Source of the DNA: a virus
Lineage: Duplodnaviria; Caudoviricetes
Virus record (IMG/VR): IMGVR_UViG_3300005805_000099
Span: 1 to 59,185 of that record
Length of the DNA stretch: 59,185 nucleotides
Direction: 5' to 3' (one strand)
The stretch's first letter is position 1. Every line of letters starts with the position of its first letter. A program made the translations under genes and the position numbers. The notes beneath the pieces are model-generated. The model did no database searches and was not told where the DNA came from. It worked only from the letters and a program-made list of their open reading frames with translations. Of this stretch, positions 56,396 through 59,185 are shown piece by piece.

Positions 56396-58684
56396 ATGGC
56401 AACCTTCATACCCAATATAACTGACATATTTCCTGAGCCAAAGTATTTTACTCCGGACTTTGGATATATAGACAAGATGCTTAAGCGGAAGGAGGCTATG
56501 TATCTTGAAGGATTCTCCAAGCTTAATAACGAGTACAACTTTATTAACAGGAAACTAACTCATACAGCTAACATAGAATCTAGAGATAAGTTTTTGAATG
56601 AGGCTAAGGAGAATCTTAAGAACCTGTCTGCTATGGACTTATCTGATATGTCCAATGTAAAAGCAGCTGGAGAAGTATTCAAACCGTTTTATGGTAATAA
56701 GGTTATACTAGGAGACCAAGCTTTTACAAGTTTTGTAGATGGTCAGGAAGCTATGGGTAATTCTCTTAGACTTAAAGATGGAGGTAAAGAGTTCAGTGAG
56801 AACAACTTGAAATATGTTCAAATGCAGAGGGAGCAGTTTGCTAAAGACACCCCTGATAGTGTGTTTGAATATATGCAGAATAAGAAATCCTTTACTCCTT
56901 GGTATGATTGGCATAAGGAAGTCCAAGAGAAAATGAAGGACTTTAAACCCACTCATACAAAGTATGACAAGCTCAATGGTTTGTATAAAGTAACTATTGA
57001 GAATGAGTCATGGACTAATGAAGAAATAGCTAAGTATTTGAATGCCACACTATCTGACAAGGCTAAGCAGCAGATGAGGATAGATGGTTATGTTACATAT
57101 GGGAACAACCCAGAAGCTCTTAAAACTCAATACATTGAGAAGCAAAGAGCCGCTCTACCAGAGATTAATAATTACATAAATAACATAGATCAGCAGTTGA
57201 AGGTTGAAAAGGATCCTCAAAAAAGGGCCCAGCTATCTGAAACTAAAGAGTATCTGTCTAATAAAAGAGCTGAGACTACTAACATTATTAGGAATATTGA
57301 ACAGGCTGATCCAAAATTTATTCAAAGAAATGCAGAGTCTTTAGCTTATCAGCTTCATTATTCAGACATGATTGAAAAGACAGCTAATGGATATGCTCAT
57401 AAAGATGTTAGTCAAACCATTGGTGCAGATGATGTTGCCTTAGCTATATGGAAAGACCAGCAAGATTGGGCTCGTGAAAGATATAGAGCATCTAAGGAAG
57501 ATCAAAGATTGCTTTCTATTTTAGGACCAACTCTTAATAATGTAGTATCTGTACAGGGTAAGACAGAAGATATGGATGTTAATCAACTCTTGTCTAATGT
57601 TTCTGCACAGAAAGATAATTATACTAGAGCTTATGATGATGTGTTAACAATGGTTTCTCAATACTATGATGTAGATAAGAGCAAGGTTACCCAAGCTATG
57701 TTTTCTAAATACATTAGTACTAATAAGAATAGTCCTGTTGTATTACAGATGTTTGAAGCTAATACTAATTATGAGACTGCTGTTGAAAGTCAAAAGTCTT
57801 ATGAGAAACAAAGAGAGGTTTATGCTAGAGATAAGATTGGTAGAACGGCTTATGATAATTTAGGCAAGTTTACCAAAGCATTTGATTATTACAAAAACAT
57901 AATGGCTGGTGGCAGAACTGTTTCTATCGGTGGTGTAAGATATAATACTCCAGAGGAAGCGGCTTCTGCTTCTATTGGTTATTCTTATAGCACAATTAAG
58001 GAAGCACTCAGCAACCTTAATAGTTTCCGTGAATATTACAGTAGAGAAGGAAAGGTTAAAGTGACCACCTCAAGACCTGGGTTTGTTATGTCTACAGAAA
58101 GTGATGACGCTAAGAATACAATGAGTCTTATTGGAGGTAATTTTATAGATAAAGAAAACTTATCGGGAGGTCTGATGTATTATCCTAATGCTGATCAGTC
58201 TAAGTATGACATAGGTATTCCTCTTAAAGATAAACTAAGAGGCAAGTCTACTGAAATTGAAGCTATTGTAAATACACTTAAAGCTAACAAACCGGAAATT
58301 AAATGGCAGTACAATGAGGCTACCCATAGTATTCTTGCTCCAGGACTTGGTTCACAAGTGGCTCCACAACTTGATCCATTTAGGAATATACCACCTGCTG
58401 ATAGATTTAGATTAAGTGTTATAGAGAATGCCGTTCTTGATCCTGGAGAAACTAGCCCTGATATTCTATTTCATAAGCTTGATAAGACCGGTAATATTCA
58501 TAACTTCTCTATTAGAAAGTATATGGCTCATAGTGGCAAAACTTACTACCAAATATTAGTAGATAATAATATTATTCCTAGTGTTGAAATACCTACAAGC
58601 CATGGGGCTTATCGTAGTATAATGGATGTGTTTAGTAATAATGATATCAAATCATTGATTGACGCTGAAATAAACAAAAAATAA
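56396..58684 (+). CDS. Virion cargo/ejection protein
   Basis: 762 aa, helical; located among the crAss-like cargo genes; no YGG linkers. Confidence 0.55.
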   Translation: MATFIPNITDIFPEPKYFTPDFGYIDKMLKRKEAMYLEGFSKLNNEYNFINRKLTHTANIESRDKFLNEAKENLKNLSAMDLSDMSNVKAAGEVFKPFYGNKVILGDQAFTSFVDGQEAMGNSLRLKDGGKEFSENNLKYVQMQREQFAKDTPDSVFEYMQNKKSFTPWYDWHKEVQEKMKDFKPTHTKYDKLNGLYKVTIENESWTNEEIAKYLNATLSDKAKQQMRIDGYVTYGNNPEALKTQYIEKQRAALPEINNYINNIDQQLKVEKDPQKRAQLSETKEYLSNKRAETTNIIRNIEQADPKFIQRNAESLAYQLHYSDMIEKTANGYAHKDVSQTIGADDVALAIWKDQQDWARERYRASKEDQRLLSILGPTLNNVVSVQGKTEDMDVNQLLSNVSAQKDNYTRAYDDVLTMVSQYYDVDKSKVTQAMFSKYISTNKNSPVVLQMFEANTNYETAVESQKSYEKQREVYARDKIGRTAYDNLGKFTKAFDYYKNIMAGGRTVSIGGVRYNTPEEAASASIGYSYSTIKEALSNLNSFREYYSREGKVKVTTSRPGFVMSTESDDAKNTMSLIGGNFIDKENLSGGLMYYPNADQSKYDIGIPLKDKLRGKSTEIEAIVNTLKANKPEIKWQYNEATHSILAPGLGSQVAPQLDPFRNIPPADRFRLSVIENAVLDPGETSPDILFHKLDKTGNIHNFSIRKYMAHSGKTYYQILVDNNIIPSVEIPTSHGAYRSIMDVFSNNDIKSLIDAEINKK

Positions 58685-58698
58685 ATAGCTAAAGTGTT

Positions 58699-59185
58699 AT
58701 GGCTGAAGAACAATATAACTCCCCGCTTACAAATGCACTCATGTCATCTTTGTCTAATGAGGAAGAATCCTTACAGGAAACCCCTGGAGAGGGTGAAGGT
58801 GTTGATGGAGGTCCTCAGCAACAATTACCATCAAAAGCTACTTCTACACAACTTCAGCTTCAGCAGGCTCCTGAACAGAGCCCTATCACTCCTATAGTTC
58901 AACAAGCCTACCAAAGAGAAAAAGGTAAGTTCTCTGCTTCAGCTAGAGGTAAGAGATCTCTCACTCCCTATAATTACTTTGAGTCAGCTATTAATTCTGT
59001 TGCTCCTAGTGATCCTCCAGATTTATCAACGGCTATCACTGGTTCATTTAACAAACTTAGAACTGTAGATCAGTTTGCAAATCTTGAATTTCTTAATCCT
59101 AGTTTTGTTCCACAGGCTGTCACTAGAAAATATAAAGACAAGCCTAGTGGGTATATCTATGGACTGGATAATGATGATTATTATT
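58699..59185 (+). CDS. Large protein, 5' fragment (runs off the window end)
   Basis: ATG at 58699, MAEEQYNSPLTNALMSSLSNEEESLQETPG..., open to the end of the window. The track ORF 58694..58897 is an alternative frame. Confidence 0.7.
   Translation, partial: MAEEQYNSPLTNALMSSLSNEEESLQETPGEGEGVDGGPQQQLPSKATSTQLQLQQAPEQSPITPIVQQAYQREKGKFSASARGKRSLTPYNYFESAINSVAPSDPPDLSTAITGSFNKLRTVDQFANLEFLNPSFVPQAVTRKYKDKPSGYIYGLDNDDYY

Noticed and set aside
305-56956. Numerous short minus-strand and alternate-frame ORFs in the track (e.g. 17644-18249, 26119-26682, 13190-13564)
   Set aside because: They overlap well-supported + strand genes, lack leader or promoter motifs and show no recognisable domains.
1-59185. 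Stop-codon reassignment (TAG/TGA), known in some crAss-like phages
   Set aside because: Genes are full-length in code 11, and TAG (1300, 10623) and TGA (686, 3988, 4359) end genes at sensible boundaries.
41148-59185. Virion RNA polymerase typical of crAss-like phages
   Set aside because: No convincing catalytic DxDxD in a double-psi-barrel context. DMDGDG in the 52103 gene sits in a different small domain. The polymerase probably lies beyond the window.

Overview
This window is about 59 kb of a crAss-like (Crassvirales-type) phage genome, most likely infecting an environmental Bacteroidota host. Leaders are A-rich and lack Shine-Dalgarno motifs, and a small membrane protein carries Bacteroidota D-[ST]-x glycosylation sequons. 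All credible genes are on the + strand in standard code 11 and form the late/structural module. Gene order: PhoH, wHTH/RepL-like, HU/IHF-like, PD-(D/E)XK nuclease, TerL, portal, scaffold-like, major capsid protein, small basic proteins, ring protein, ferritin, probable auxiliary capsid protein, tail hub/fibre genes (including a Gly-Thr-Ser collagen-like fibre beside a GT4/TibC-type glycosyltransferase), Fn3 adhesins, metallophosphoesterase, IHF-like, ring/tubular proteins, ClpP-like protease, tail-stabilisation (muzzle) protein and very large cargo proteins. Most notable: (1) three consecutive giant cargo proteins are built from discrete modules, including three paralogous zincins, separated by a recurring YGG / KAQxG / MMQxGG linker, suggesting polyproteins or a cargo-sorting signal; (2) a candidate virion protein O-glycosylation cassette; (3) a non-coding regulatory layer made of a GTATATTATAATGTA promoter motif, a TAAAC-N7-GTTTA palindromic operator, an AAAACCAAC leader motif with a hairpin whose loop is antisense to it, and a tRNA-like four-way junction. 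Family assignments come from motif recognition and synteny; no database searches were run.
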